Shown here piece after piece: positions 1 to 11,639 of a stretch of 64,000 nt of DNA. The notes below the pieces were generated by a model that did not search any database, was not told the DNA's origin, and was given only the letters and a program-made list of their open reading frames with translations. Source of the DNA: Octopus sinensis (taxonomy: Eukaryota); contig NC_043003.1 in assembly GCF_006345805.1 (NCBI RefSeq), positions 103,726,001 through 103,790,000 on the forward strand, given 5' to 3'. A program made the position numbers and the translations under genes. Within the stretch, counting starts at the first letter, position 1. Each line of letters starts with the position of its first letter.

Positions 1-751
1 GCATATATATATCATCATCATCATCATCGTTTAACGTCCGTTCTCCATGCTAGCATGGGTTGGACGGTTCGACCGGGGATCTGGGAAGCCAGAAGGCTGC
101 ACCAGGCTCCGGTTTATCTGGCAAAGTTTCTACAGCTGGATGCCCTTCCTAACGCCAACCACTCCGTGAGTGTAGTAGGTGCTTTTTACGTGCCACCTGC
201 GCTGGTGCCAGGCGAGGCTGGCATCGGCCACGGTCGGATTGGTGCATTTTATGGAAGCCAGTCAAGGCGGCACTGGCTTCGGCTATGATTCGGATGGTGC
301 TTTTTACGTACCACCGACACGGAAGCCAGTCGAGGCGGCGCTGGCATCCACCACAATTCGGATGGTGCATTTTATGGAAGCCAGTCGAGGCGGCACTGGC
401 TTTGGCTACGATTCGGATGGTGCTTTTTACGTGCCACCGACACGGAAGCCAGTCGAGGCGGCGCTGGCATCGGCCACAATTCGGATAGTGCTTTTTACGT
501 ACCTCCAGTCCCAGGGCCCTGGCATTTGCCAGGTGCTAGTCATAGGATTGGTTCAATTTCGATTTCGATTTCACTTGCCCCAACAGGTCTTCGCAAGCAA
601 GGGGGGTTGCCATAGGTGCCTGTCGTCGGATGAGGTTCGATATCGACTTCGCTTGCCTCAACAGGTCTTTGTGTGTCGATATCGACTTCACTTGCCTCAA
701 CAGGTCTTTGTGTGTCCAAGGGAGGGAAAGGCATGCATAAGTGGGCTGGAC

Positions 752-3483
752 TAACTTGTCCTGCCTGGTCTTCTCACGCACAGCATATTTCCAAAGGTCT
801 CGGTCGCTGGTCATTTCCTCAGTGAGACCGAAGGTTCGAAGGTCGTGCTTCACCACCTCGTCCCAGGTTTTCCTGGGTCTACCTCTTCCATGGGTTCCCT
901 CAACTGCTAGGGATTGGCACTTTTCACACGCCTATCTTCATCCATTCTTGCCACATGACCATACCAGTGCAATCGTCTCTCTTGCACACCACAACTGATG
1001 CTTCTTAGGTCCAACATTTCTCTCAGGGTACTAACGCTCTGTCGAGTATGAACACTGACATTACACATCCATCAGAGCATACTGGCTTCATTTCTCGCGA
1101 GCTTACACATGTCCTCAGCAGTCACGGCCCATGTTTCACTGCCATGTAGCATGGCTGTTCGTACACATGCATCATACAGTCTGCCTTTTACTCTGAGCGA
1201 GAGGCCTTTAGTCGCCAGCAGAGGTAAGAGCTCCCTAAACTTTGCCCAGGCTATTTTTACTCTAGCAGTTACACTTTCAATGCACCCACCCCCACTACTG
1301 ACTTGGTCACCTAGATAATGGAAGCTATCAACTACTTCTAGTTTTTCTGCCTGGAAAGTGACGGAAGTTGTTTTCTGCAGATTTTCAGAGATTATTGCTC
1401 CTGAGCATCTGCCACATACAAAAACTATCTTCCCAGTTAGCCTTCCTTTGACATTGCTGCACCTCTTATGTGTCCATAGCTTACACTGGGTGCATCTTAT
1501 AGAGTTTCTACCTACACCTTTTCTACAGATCGAGCAGGGCCATCTTCCTGAAGACATTTGTGGATTGTCTACCTTCCTACTTATTAGTACTTTGGTTTTA
1601 GCTAGGTTGACTCTGAGGCCCTTCGATTCTAGACCCTCCTTCCACACCCGGAACTTCTCCTCCAGTTCTGACAGTGACTCAGCAATTAGAGCAAGGTCGT
1701 CAGCATATAGGAGCTCCCAGGGGCAACCTGTCTTGAATTCCTCCATAATTGCCTGATAAATAGGAAGGGGCTGAGTACTGAACCCTGGTGGACCCCAACC
1801 TCTACTTTGAATTCTTCTGTGTACATGTTGCCAACCCTTACCTTACTTACGGCATCCCTGTACATGGCTTGCACAGCCCTCACCAGCCATTCATCTATCC
1901 CTAGTTTCCTCATTGACCACCAGATACAGGGGCTTATCTTTGACTAGGTATTTCTCCTGCAGCTGTCTCACCAGAAATATGGCATCAGTGGTGCTTTTCC
2001 CTGGCATGAAACCAAACTGCATCTCGTCCAAATTGACTCTCTCCCTAATCAGTTGGGCTATGACCCTCTGTAACCTTCATTACCTGATCCAACAGCTTGA
2101 TACCTCTGTAATTATTTGTATCTAGGGCGTCTCCTTTACCTTTGTAGCAGTTGACTAGTATGCTGCTACACCAGTCATTGGGTATGACTCCTTCGTGTAT
2201 CACCTGGTTAACTATACGGGTGACTAGGTTATAGCCAACACTGCCAGATATTTTGAGCATCTCTGCAGTAATTCCTGATGGGCCTGGGACTTTCCCTGTC
2301 TTCATGCTTCTAATTGCTTTAACTACCAAAGAATAGTCAACTCGGATGGCTGGTCCCTCTGTTGGGTTGACATTCGGCAGACTCTCTTTATCCCATTCAT
2401 TTTCTTTATTCAGCAACCTTTCATAGTGGCATCTCCAAACCTCTCTCTTTGCATCCTCATTTAGCGCAAGTGAACCATCATCCATGCGGACACATTTCTC
2501 TCCTACCACATCACGATTCTCTCTCACACACTGTCTTGCAACACAAAATACCTCAAGTCTTTCATCCTCACGGCACAGAACATTGGCAAATTTTTTCTTA
2601 TCCGCTTCCCCTCTGGCTAAATAAACCTGTCTCCTAGCTTCCCTTCTGGCTGTCTGATACAATTCCCTGCAACCACCGTTCTTCCAGTCCCTCCAAGCCT
2701 GTTTCTTTTGTCTAATAGCCCTGTCAACCACGTTACTCTGGGTCGAGATGGGACTTTGCTCCATCCACAGATCTGGTCAGTGGCTGTCAGCATATTGTCC
2801 TGTAGAAATCTCCAGTTGTCTTCCACATTAAGTGAAGCTATATCCCCTTCTATTTCGTCAAAGGCTTCGAGTAGTTTGTCTCTAAATCTCTGTCCATTTG
2901 CAGGATCTTTAAGCTTCCAGACCCTTCTCCTCCAAGCTGGTCTTCTTCTGGGCAACCATTTAGCTCTGATCCTGAAGTCGCTAACTACTAATCTATGTTG
3001 AGGAGTACATTCTTCGCCTGGAAAGGTTTTGGCATTTATAAGCAGCCCTCTTTCCCTCTTTCTGGCGAGGATGTAGTCAATCTGGCTAGTGTATCTGCCA
3101 GAACGGTAGGTGACTAGGTGATATGTGGGTTTCCTGAAGTTGGTATTGCAAACCATGAGGTCATTTGCATCGCAGAACTCCAGCAGCCTGGTTCCCTCCT
3201 CATTGCGAGAGCCAAAACCGTAGCCTCCATGAACGCCATGGAAGCCCCCGACATGCCGACCAACATGTCCATTGAAATCACCTGCCACAAGGAGAAGGTC
3301 ACTGTCATTCGTCAACGAGGTAGTCCGCAATAGGGTGTCGTAGAATTGGTCTTTCTGTCCTTCCGGTAGCCCTGGTTGAGGGGCATATGCCGAGATGATG
3401 GTAGCTGACCTATGGTGAAGCACTAATCTAATCTTAAGTACTCTATCACTTACTCTGAGTACCTCGATTACCTTATCTACCCA
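752..3483 (-). pseudogene. Frameshifted RTE ORF2 (APE-RT with PHD insertion)
   Basis: Colinear LINE ORF2 motifs are split over at least 4 reading frames. The APE domain is truncated at the (TA)n tract. The C-terminal boundary is approximate. Confidence 0.9.
1405..1536 (-). other. PHD-type C4HC3 zinc finger inside the RT domain
   Basis: CSIC-x10-CTQC-x4-H-x2-C-x14-CGRC lies between the RT blocks KTKVL and FHYLG in ORF 1072..1746. Confidence 0.8.
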
Positions 3484-4024
3484 TATATATATATATGCGT
3501 ATGTATATATATATATATATATACACAAATAATAAAATGGAGGAACAAATTCATTTCGATCATCAACTTACGGATAAACAGACAAATATAATCTTTAATG
3601 CCTAAGACTATACTACAATGGCATATATGAGCAATTTAAGGTGGATTGTCTCTTGACCATAGGCTGAAACAGCTGTAAGGAGCAGTTTATTTGTATTATT
3701 TTTATTTTATTATTAATTTGCATATTGATGTATATTGTTTTGTTCGATTTTCATGTTCCTATTTGTATAATTAATAAATAATGTGAAATTGTGATATATC
3801 CGTAAGTTGATGATCAAAATGAATTTGTTCCTCCATTTTCCTATTTGTATTATGAATTTACGGTAAAATAATTTTTACCATCACCCATTCAATACAATAA
3901 ATGAATTAATTGCATTGCAATTAAAAGCATTTATGTATTTAGTATTTGGGTACCTTACCAGCAGTATATTGGATAACTGATATCCCATAGTAGGTTACCC
4001 TCATAACCTCTATCTTACTTTGTA

Positions 4025-4163
4025 CTATATATATATATATACATATATGTATATATATACATATATATATGCATATATATACATGTATATATGTGTATAA
4101 ATATACATATATGTATATATATACATATGCATATATGTATATATGTATATATATATATGTATG

Positions 4164-4205
<42 letters not shown>

Positions 4206-5048
4206 CATGCCATGATAGATTGTTAGCCACTACACGCATGTTTTTCTCTCCTTGTTATTTTCTGTGTCCCTTTCTGTAGAAAAGTGTAGGCTCAAAACGT
4301 AAAAGACTTTTTTCAATTCCTGAGCATTATACTAATACAGCTGTTTGTTTTGTACACCACTTGTCTTCGTGTTTTGTTTTTTTTCGTAAACTCTCCCTAT
4401 ATATATATGTATATATATGTATATGTATATATGTATATGTATATGTATATATATATGTATATATATATGTATATATATGTATATGTATATGTATATATAT
4501 ATGTATATATATATGTATATATATATGTATATGTATATATATATGTATATATATATGTATATATATATGTATATGTATATATATATGTATATATATATGT
4601 ATATGTATATATATATGTATATGTATATATATATGTATATGTATATATATATGTATATGTATATATATATAACAATTTAGGAGTGACCCCAACAGGTCAC
4701 TCGTCCACCAGAAAGAGCAGCCATAACTCACACCGCCAAGTAGTATTAATTCAGAAATTAGGTGAAAATTTAAAAACATTTACCCTATTGTTATATTTAT
4801 ATATTTAGTCGATGACTATTTTCTCTTTTCCACCAGGCCGCTGGTTGCGATAAATTTCTATTGAATTTTTTTGCTACCCTAAATTGACTAATGTATATAT
4901 ATATATATATATACACATGTATATGTATATATATATATATATATATACACATGTATATGTATGTATGTATATATACACATGTATATGTATGTATGTATAT
5001 ATACACATGTATATGTATGCATGTATATGTATGCATGTATATGTATGC

Positions 5049-5116
<68 letters not shown>

Positions 5117-5240
5117 ATATTTGTATGTACATATGTGTCTGTGTGTGTTTATATATATATATATATATGTGTGGTGTGTATATTTGTATGTACATATGTG
5201 TCTGTGTGTGTGTATATATATATATATATCTATATATACA
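4025..5240. repeat. Compound (TA)n/(TATG)n/(TATATG)n microsatellite blocks interleaved with short Penelope-like fragments
   Basis: Long TA/TG runs at 4025-4205, 4398-4670 and 4890-5240. These explain the YIYIY ORFs in the track. Confidence 0.95.
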
Positions 5241-5241
5241 T

Positions 5242-5523
5242 ATCACTGTGACCGAGCAGGCTATCAGATGTTGCTACACATCGCTGGTCACAATGCACTT
5301 CACATTGTTTTAGCCTTCAAATGATGCTACCCCTCTGGCTAAGCGAGCAGGCCAACAGAAGAAAGAGTGAGAGAAAGTTGTGGCGAAAGAGTACAACAGG
5401 GATCTCCCCCCCCCCTCCTGGGGCCTCGTGGAGATTTAAGTGTTTTTGCTCAATAAACACTCACAACACATGGTCTGGGAGTCGAAACTGCGAGTCCGCT
5501 GCCCTAACCACTTGGCGATTGTG
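5242..5523 (-). mobile_element. tRNA-head SINE
   Basis: The reverse complement starts GGAGGCACAATCGCCAAGTGGTTAGGG (A-box-like) followed by GTTTCGACTCCC (B-box-like), then a non-tRNA body. Confidence 0.6.
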
Positions 5524-5544
5524 CCTCCATATATATATATACAA

Positions 5545-5830
5545 AACAATATGGAACAAGAACATAACAGGCGAAAACAAAATATTTGCACATTTAGACG
5601 ATACAAAAAAGGACAGAAGAAAACAAGGACAGGTCATTTGGAGCTTTCAGTCTTCAGTCAAGTACCAGATCGTCTTATCAGTTTTGGCCAGTTACTCTCA
5701 AGATTGCTCTAATCTGGTCAGCCCCAAGAAAATGTAAGCTAAGAGCACTAGAATCTTTGGAAGAAAGCGAAAAAAAAAACAAATGGTACACAATTACAAA
5801 TACAAACAACAGGTGTCTCTTGACTAAGGA
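5545..5830 (-). mobile_element. Penelope-like terminal repeat fragment (same family as 58795-59260)
   Basis: Shares AATATGGAACAAGAAC...GGTCATTTG...CAGTTACTCT...ACACAATTACAAATACAAAC with 58795-59260 and is flanked by (TA)n. Confidence 0.5.
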
Positions 5831-6213
5831 CAAATTAATGTAACCTGACATGTGTGGAAGTGAAGCCTTATGGCAGGAACATAGAGGGTGAAAGTCATAG
5901 GAAGGGATATAAGAGATGCTACACAAATGGTTAGTCAAACCAAGAAAGAAAGGTCAGGCTTGGCTGAAGACTGGTCATGTGGAAGGAGATGAGAGAGGTA
6001 GGGGTAGAGGGATGGAAGAATTAAGGAGGGACAAGAAAGAGAGAAAAAAGGAAAGGGACAGAGTGGGATAAAGGAGAAGGAAGGGAAGGCTAAGAAATGT
6101 GAGAGAGGGTGGGAGCGAGAAAACAATGTGGAAGGAACAAAGAAAGTGTGAAAGGGGCTATAGGAAAGAGTAAAAGAGGGGTAGAGAGAGACCAAAAGTG
6201 TACTTATGCTGCT

Positions 6214-6678
6214 AGATAGATAGATTGATAGACTGACTGATAAATAGATAGTCAGGCAGGTAGAGGGAGAGAGAGAGAAGGAGTATCCCCCTTCCTATTC
6301 ACCATTCATTTAGTCCTTTACCATTGTATTGGAATGGGTTTAAGGCTTGTAACCTCTTCTCAAAAAAGAAAAAAAAAAGCAGGTGCTTTTTGGTCATCAC
6401 TGAAAGTCGTTTTGCTTTCTTTCTCTCTTCCCCTTTTCCCTTTATTCCCTCTTTCTTCCATTTACTCCTCTTTGAGTTATATTTGAAATACAAAATGTAC
6501 TGTCTCCCCTTCCAAACATTCAATTTTGAAGGGAATTTTTTGATGAAATATAGTTCTGCATAATCCATTCCAATACAATGGTAAAGGACTGAATAAATAA
6601 ATGGTGAATAGTAAGGGGGAAACCCCTTCTCTCTTTCCCTCTACCCATCTGCCTATCTATATTTCTATCTATCCATCT
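6214..6678. repeat. MITE-like inverted repeat (arms ~6214-6338 and ~6565-6678)
   Basis: TTCACCATT..AGTCCTTTACCATTGTATTGGAATGG is mirrored by CCATTCCAATACAATGGTAAAGGACT..AATGGTGAA, and the flanking purine/pyrimidine tracts are also mirrored. Confidence 0.8.
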
Positions 6679-6936
6679 CCATTGTCATGGAACCTCACCC
6701 AAAGAAACAAAAACATTCTTCTCTTCTACCCCCCCCCCCAATGTTTTTTATAAACGAACAAGCTGTTTGTACATTCACAAAATTTTATTTGACAAGTTCC
6801 AGAAAGGAACAAAAGCACTTATTTTTTTCCCAAAATTCTAATGACTTTTTTCTCAATATGTGTGTGTGTGTATATATATATGTGTGTATATATATATATA
6901 TGTGTATATATATATGTGTGTGTATATATATGTATA

Positions 6937-7140
6937 TCTATAAAATAATATGTTACATTTACTCAATAGTCAAGATAAAACTCTGAGTTTCAGATGCCGA
7001 AGTGGAAATCCACAACACCATCTCTTCGGTTATCCACAACACCATCTCTTCGGTTATCTGGTGTTGTGGATTTCCACTTCGGCATCTGAAACTCAGAGTT
7101 TTATCTTGACTATTGAGTAAATGTAACATTATTTTATAGA
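6937..7140. repeat. Near-perfect palindrome with ~83-bp arms
   Basis: 6937-7020 is the reverse complement of 7059-7140 except for a 2-nt indel. The loop region holds a 24-bp direct duplication. Confidence 0.92.
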
Positions 7141-7207
7141 TAAATTTCCTCTATTTACATAATATTGAGGTCTCTTTCTTTCTTTTGTTATCTTACCGTT
7201 TTTACCA

Positions 7208-7255
<48 letters not shown>

Positions 7256-9182
7256 ATTTATATGTATATGCATATATATGTGTGTGTGTATGTGAAAATA
7301 TTCTAGCCTTTGGAAAAAGAAAACACAGGAGGATTGGTTAATCCTTTCTGAGATTCACACATTTATTGGAACAGCCCTTCAGTTTTTCTAAGTTCTCAGA
7401 ATTTTGGGCTTCCAACCAGAACTTTCATGACTCCCTTAAAGCAAAGCATTTTCCAGCTTCCTCTCGCATTTATGTGTGGATATATGTAACTTTAAAACAT
7501 TCTGTATTCTATGTCTATATTTCCGGTCCATTCATCCCATTTGTTTAATCCTAGTAGCACCAGCTACTGCCAAGTTTTATATACACTCTCCCTTAAAAAT
7601 TGTACAGCTGAGATTCATTTGCATCTTTTCCACTCATATGCACACGTGTGTGTGTAGGTGTGTATAATGTTTGCACTGATGACCATTGCACCCAACAGTT
7701 CTTGGTCTTGGGCATTCTATCACTCCTGTATTCTCTGCCGCTCGCCTCCAGAGGGAGCAAGAACTCATTTTCCCTCTCCAAACTTATAGTCCTTTCATCT
7801 CAAATTCTCCTACCCAATATTTCTAACATTCTTTCTCCCCACCCGCCTCCTGACATACACACACATACCCTATTATACTATCTCGTCAAGACATACATGC
7901 TCCACAGATATCTTCCCTCTGTCCACGTGCACACCCCCACATGCATATCGCTGTCCTCTCGCCCTGAAACATTCACAATCACATGTGTCATTCTGTCTCA
8001 TATGTAAACGCTCACCTGTACTGGAACATATACACGCCTACGTACACCCGTTTTCAGTCATTCATACACCTTCCTTCTCCCCGCCATCTCCCTTTGCTTG
8101 TCAACTGTATTTTACACCACGGCCAGCTTTACTGCACCCAACAAATTCCTTGTATATACTGTTAACAGACACACAATCACATACACCCATGCACGCACTC
8201 GTTCCTGGCGATTCAGTTAAATTAATTTAATAATTAGTCAGTTATGTAATTATCATCTAGTTAGCAGTGTTTCAAGCGAGTTATCGAAACAATTTCAGAA
8301 AAATGAAAATTTTTATCTATAAATGAGATCGAGTTTTCTGTTCTTCTTTATGTATGTATGGTGGCTGTCAACTCATAGACGAGTATCACTAATAAATAAT
8401 CTTATCCTAGTTGTTAAATACCGTGGCTATCAGCAATTCCCGTGCCAAAATTTTAGTTGCAAAACACAGGTAAGATCCACCAACAAAGCTTAATAGTCTA
8501 GAAACGAGCAAGAGCCAGATCTCCGTCGTTGCAATGAGCGAGTGTTATTTGGGGATTTCCTTCTAGAAAGATGTTTAAACAAAAACTTGGAGTGGGGGTC
8601 TGTCACTCTATTGGATGACCGCCGACTACTCAGTTCATCTGCTCTTTGGCAGGCTTTTTTCTTCCTGCATAGTGTCCAACGGAAAACATCCTCCTTACCA
8701 ACCAAGCTTGGTAGGTTTGCTGAGTTAGTCCCCGATGACCCGACCATGCAACAGGTTGTATATATATACACTGTTTAATTAAAACGTCAATTATTACGTT
8801 ATTGCAAGTTTTATTCATTTGTAACGTATTCCCATTCTGATGAAACCCACTACAATATTGCCATGCTTTCCATTGAAGACCATCGCTATAAACCATTAAC
8901 GTAAAACAGTGAACAGCATTTTGTTTCCAAACAGAAACTACCGTTCACTCATTTAATAGCTGTTACTCTCTGTACATGTTTATAACATTTACACCCCATT
9001 TGCAAATAGATCATACCTCCTGTCTCGTATAAACCACTACTTTGGAAGTAAATGCATTTCTAATTGTTTAAATTTCCTTTTTTCTTCAGTATTAAGGTTA
9101 TCGATTGAGGCGAACCTTCGGTATAGGTACACACGTGACTTTGTTTACATTTCTGAAGATAATAGAAACCCTTTTCTCCCAC

Positions 9183-9597
9183 GGATCTTTTCGGTTTGAA
9201 CGGCAGTTTTTTCTATCGGTGTCATGTGAAATTGTCACCCATAATTATGACCCTAGTATCGATCTATTGCATTTCAATCCCTTTTAGGGTTAGTTAGGGT
9301 GGGGGGAAGGGTATCTTTTTTACTTCAGAAATGTAAATAAACCCAATCTGTTTCTTGAACGAGGGACATATTCATACGGCACAGAATGCTTTTTAACTCC
9401 GTAGACGTCATTGATTGGTTGAAATTGCAGAAATTGAAGAAAAAACAACAACAAATATCTTAAAAACTATAGAATTTTCTCAATAAAGCCAAGAGAAAAA
9501 GATGTTTTATAAACACATTCTACCAGTATACGAAGTTTAAAATTTTTTAGTTACCTAGAAATTATGTTAAAAACTGCCGTTCAAACCGAAAAGATCC
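9183..9597. mobile_element. Non-autonomous DNA transposon (MITE) with 8-bp TSD, hAT-like
   Basis: TIRs GGATCTTTTCGGTTTGAACGGCAGTTTT / AAAACTGCCGTTCAAACCGAAAAGATCC, with TSD TCTCCCAC at 9175-9182 and 9598-9605. Confidence 0.9.
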
Positions 9598-10023
9598 TCT
9601 CCCACCCCTAACTCCCCCATATATAAAAAAAACACTTTCTTGAAATGTATCCGGTACTTATACTGAAGTTACGCCTCGATTGGATTGACCATGCAATAGC
9701 TACTAATGTCCTTTTACTATATGAGTTCAAATCTGACTAAGGTAAGTTTTTTGCCTTCCCCGCTTCAGGGGTCAATAACATAAAAACCAGTCAAGTACTG
9801 GATTCGACTTAAATAATCCGTCCGCCACCTTGAATTTACGGCCTTATACCAGCGACGAGCTGGCAGAATTGTTCGCATGTTGGGCAAAATGCTTAGTTGT
9901 GTTTCTTCTGGCTCTTTACTGTCTCACTTCAAATTTTTGCCTTTTATTCTTTTGGAGTCGATAAAATACGGTTAACTTGCAGTTTACCGTCGTAAAAAAT
10001 GTGCCAAGAAATTGCCAGAGAAA

Positions 10024-10046
10024 CCGGAAGTGACGACGATGACGTC
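10024..10046. promoter_or_regulatory. Candidate core promoter: overlapping ETS-CRE composite plus second CRE-like site
   Basis: CCGGAAGTGACG at 10024-10035 and TGACGTC at 10040-10046 in a locally CpG-rich region, with splice-donor-like sites facing away on both strands. Confidence 0.5.
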
Positions 10047-10049
10047 CCA

Positions 10050-10099
10050 TAATTTTACGTAAACGATGTCTCATAACTAACGAAGAGAGAAGACATGAG
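10050..10099 (+). other. Candidate 5'UTR first exon of the ankyrin gene (start approximate)
   Basis: Ends GACATGAG|GTAAAC just downstream of the ETS-CRE motif. There is no transcript evidence. Confidence 0.3.
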
Positions 10100-11639
10100 G
10101 TAAACAGATTATCGCTAGTCGACTTTTCTTCTTGGGGAGCATTTATTGCCCTTCTGTAGTGTCTGTATGGATTCTGTCATCATTTGGATCAACAAAATTG
10201 AGTGAATGGTTGACAAATTCTTGAGTGTAGAAGTTACCGAAGCCCACACATCAGATATCAAGCATGCCCTGGCATCATCCTATTTCTTTACTACCCACAA
10301 GAGGGGACAAACAAGGACAGACAAAGGGATTAAGTCGATTATATCGACCCCAGTGCGTAACTGGTACTTAATTTATCGACCCCGAAAGGATGAAAGGCAA
10401 TATCCAATGCTTTATAATGGGTGTAAATGCTTCGCGTGTGCGATCGGGGACTTCCATCAAGCATCATTTTCTTGTGCCCCTTTCTACTCTACTAAACACC
10501 AAATACCTTTCATTCCACTCTCCTCTGATATTTCCGATGCATGTATTTGGATTCATCTATTCCCACGGTAATGGGACATCTAGCATCGCCCAATCCACCA
10601 CAGTACTGCATGCAATTCACTTGTAATTCAAAAATCATTTCCTTCTGCCGATGGTCGCTTACCCATATGTACATTGGTTGAGTTATTATCGGTAGAATCA
10701 AATGGCTCTGTTCATAAATGGAATTGGCTCGTATAGTTCCAGTGAATCCACAAAAAACAACACCACCGTTTTGTGCCAAAATTCGAAACGTTTAAGGCAT
10801 CGAGCTGGCAGAATCGTTTAGCGCATTGGACGAAATGCTTAAGGGCATTTCTTCTGGCCGAGTTCAAAATCCGCCGAGGTCGACGTTGCCTTTTATTTTG
10901 GCGGGGGGGGGGGGGGTATCGAGCCAACCCCTCTTAGTTTATTTCTTCGGATTCCAATTTTGTACATCACCAAAAATAAATTTAAAAAAAAAACAGCATT
11001 TCAAAATTTCAATGTTATCCATCCCCGACTCCTTTTTTTTCTTTCAGAACTTTTGACGTTTTACGTAGCAAAATAAAAAAACAAAAAAGAATTCCTACAT
11101 TGTCATTCAGCCACAATAGTATTTCGAATGTTTTTAAACGCATTCACTCATTTGCGAATGCGTAAATGTTTTTCCAGCCAGCGCATGAAATGTACTTAAT
11201 GTGGTCTCTCCGCATGTTAAAAATAACAGCCAAATCTCTGCATCCCTTTTGGTTTGCATGCGCAAATAAACAAACGAAAACAACCTGAGGGGAATTGGAA
11301 TTATGAAATGCTGTTTTTTTTTTTTTTTGGCACGCTCGGAGTCTCCTTTGTGGAAAACATTGGAATTGAGGGTGGAGGGGAGAAAAACCGGAAAAGGGTG
11401 GGTTGCATGCCTAACAACTCCGCTAAATGTCTTTTTATGCTCTCTATCCTCTGTCCGCGTATATAGTAATTGGTTGTAATTTTGAGAGTCGAAAATAGAG
11501 GCATTGAATAAGAAAATTGAAAGAACAAAAGCTCGAAGGAAATGTTGTCATGTTCGTGACGTCATATAAGACGATCTTTTCCACCCGAATAAAGGTACCC
11601 CACAAGAACGTAGGAAGGAATACACCTACATATGTGTGC

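Larger units (their letters stand above)
13..3483 (-). mobile_element. 5'-truncated RTE-clade LINE (partial APE endonuclease, RT, ~740-bp modular 3'UTR, (GAT)n tail)
   Basis: Minus-strand ORF pieces 2617-3528 (APE: SAYAPQ, GDFNGHVG, SQIDYIL), 2045-2764 (KVPGPSGI, KGKGD, NYRGIKLL), 1686-1913 (VGVHQGSVLSPFLF), 1072-1746 (LLYADD, FHYLG, MLHGSETW) and 536-856 (DRDLWK). The tail appears as (CAT)n at 13-29, and both ends abut (TA)n. Confidence 0.95.

Noticed and set aside
55-754. ORFs such as MGWTVRPGIWEARR and MDGSTGVWEARR recurring at 15.5, 29.8, 37.1, 50.0 and 53.3 kb as a possible gene family
   Set aside because: They are antisense or off-frame translations of the RTE 3'UTR repeat, and frames are not conserved between copies.
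3939-5324. Many 60-150-aa ORFs rich in Y/I/H/T/M/C/V (also near 13.7, 54.3, 57.7 and 60.3 kb)
   Set aside because: They are translations of (TA)n/(TG)n microsatellites, with no splice context or protein-like composition.
8630-8896. 88-aa minus-strand ORF as the product of a divergent gene
   Set aside because: Its 3' half runs into a dispersed repeat shared with 46420-46520, and there are no recognisable domains or good splice sites.
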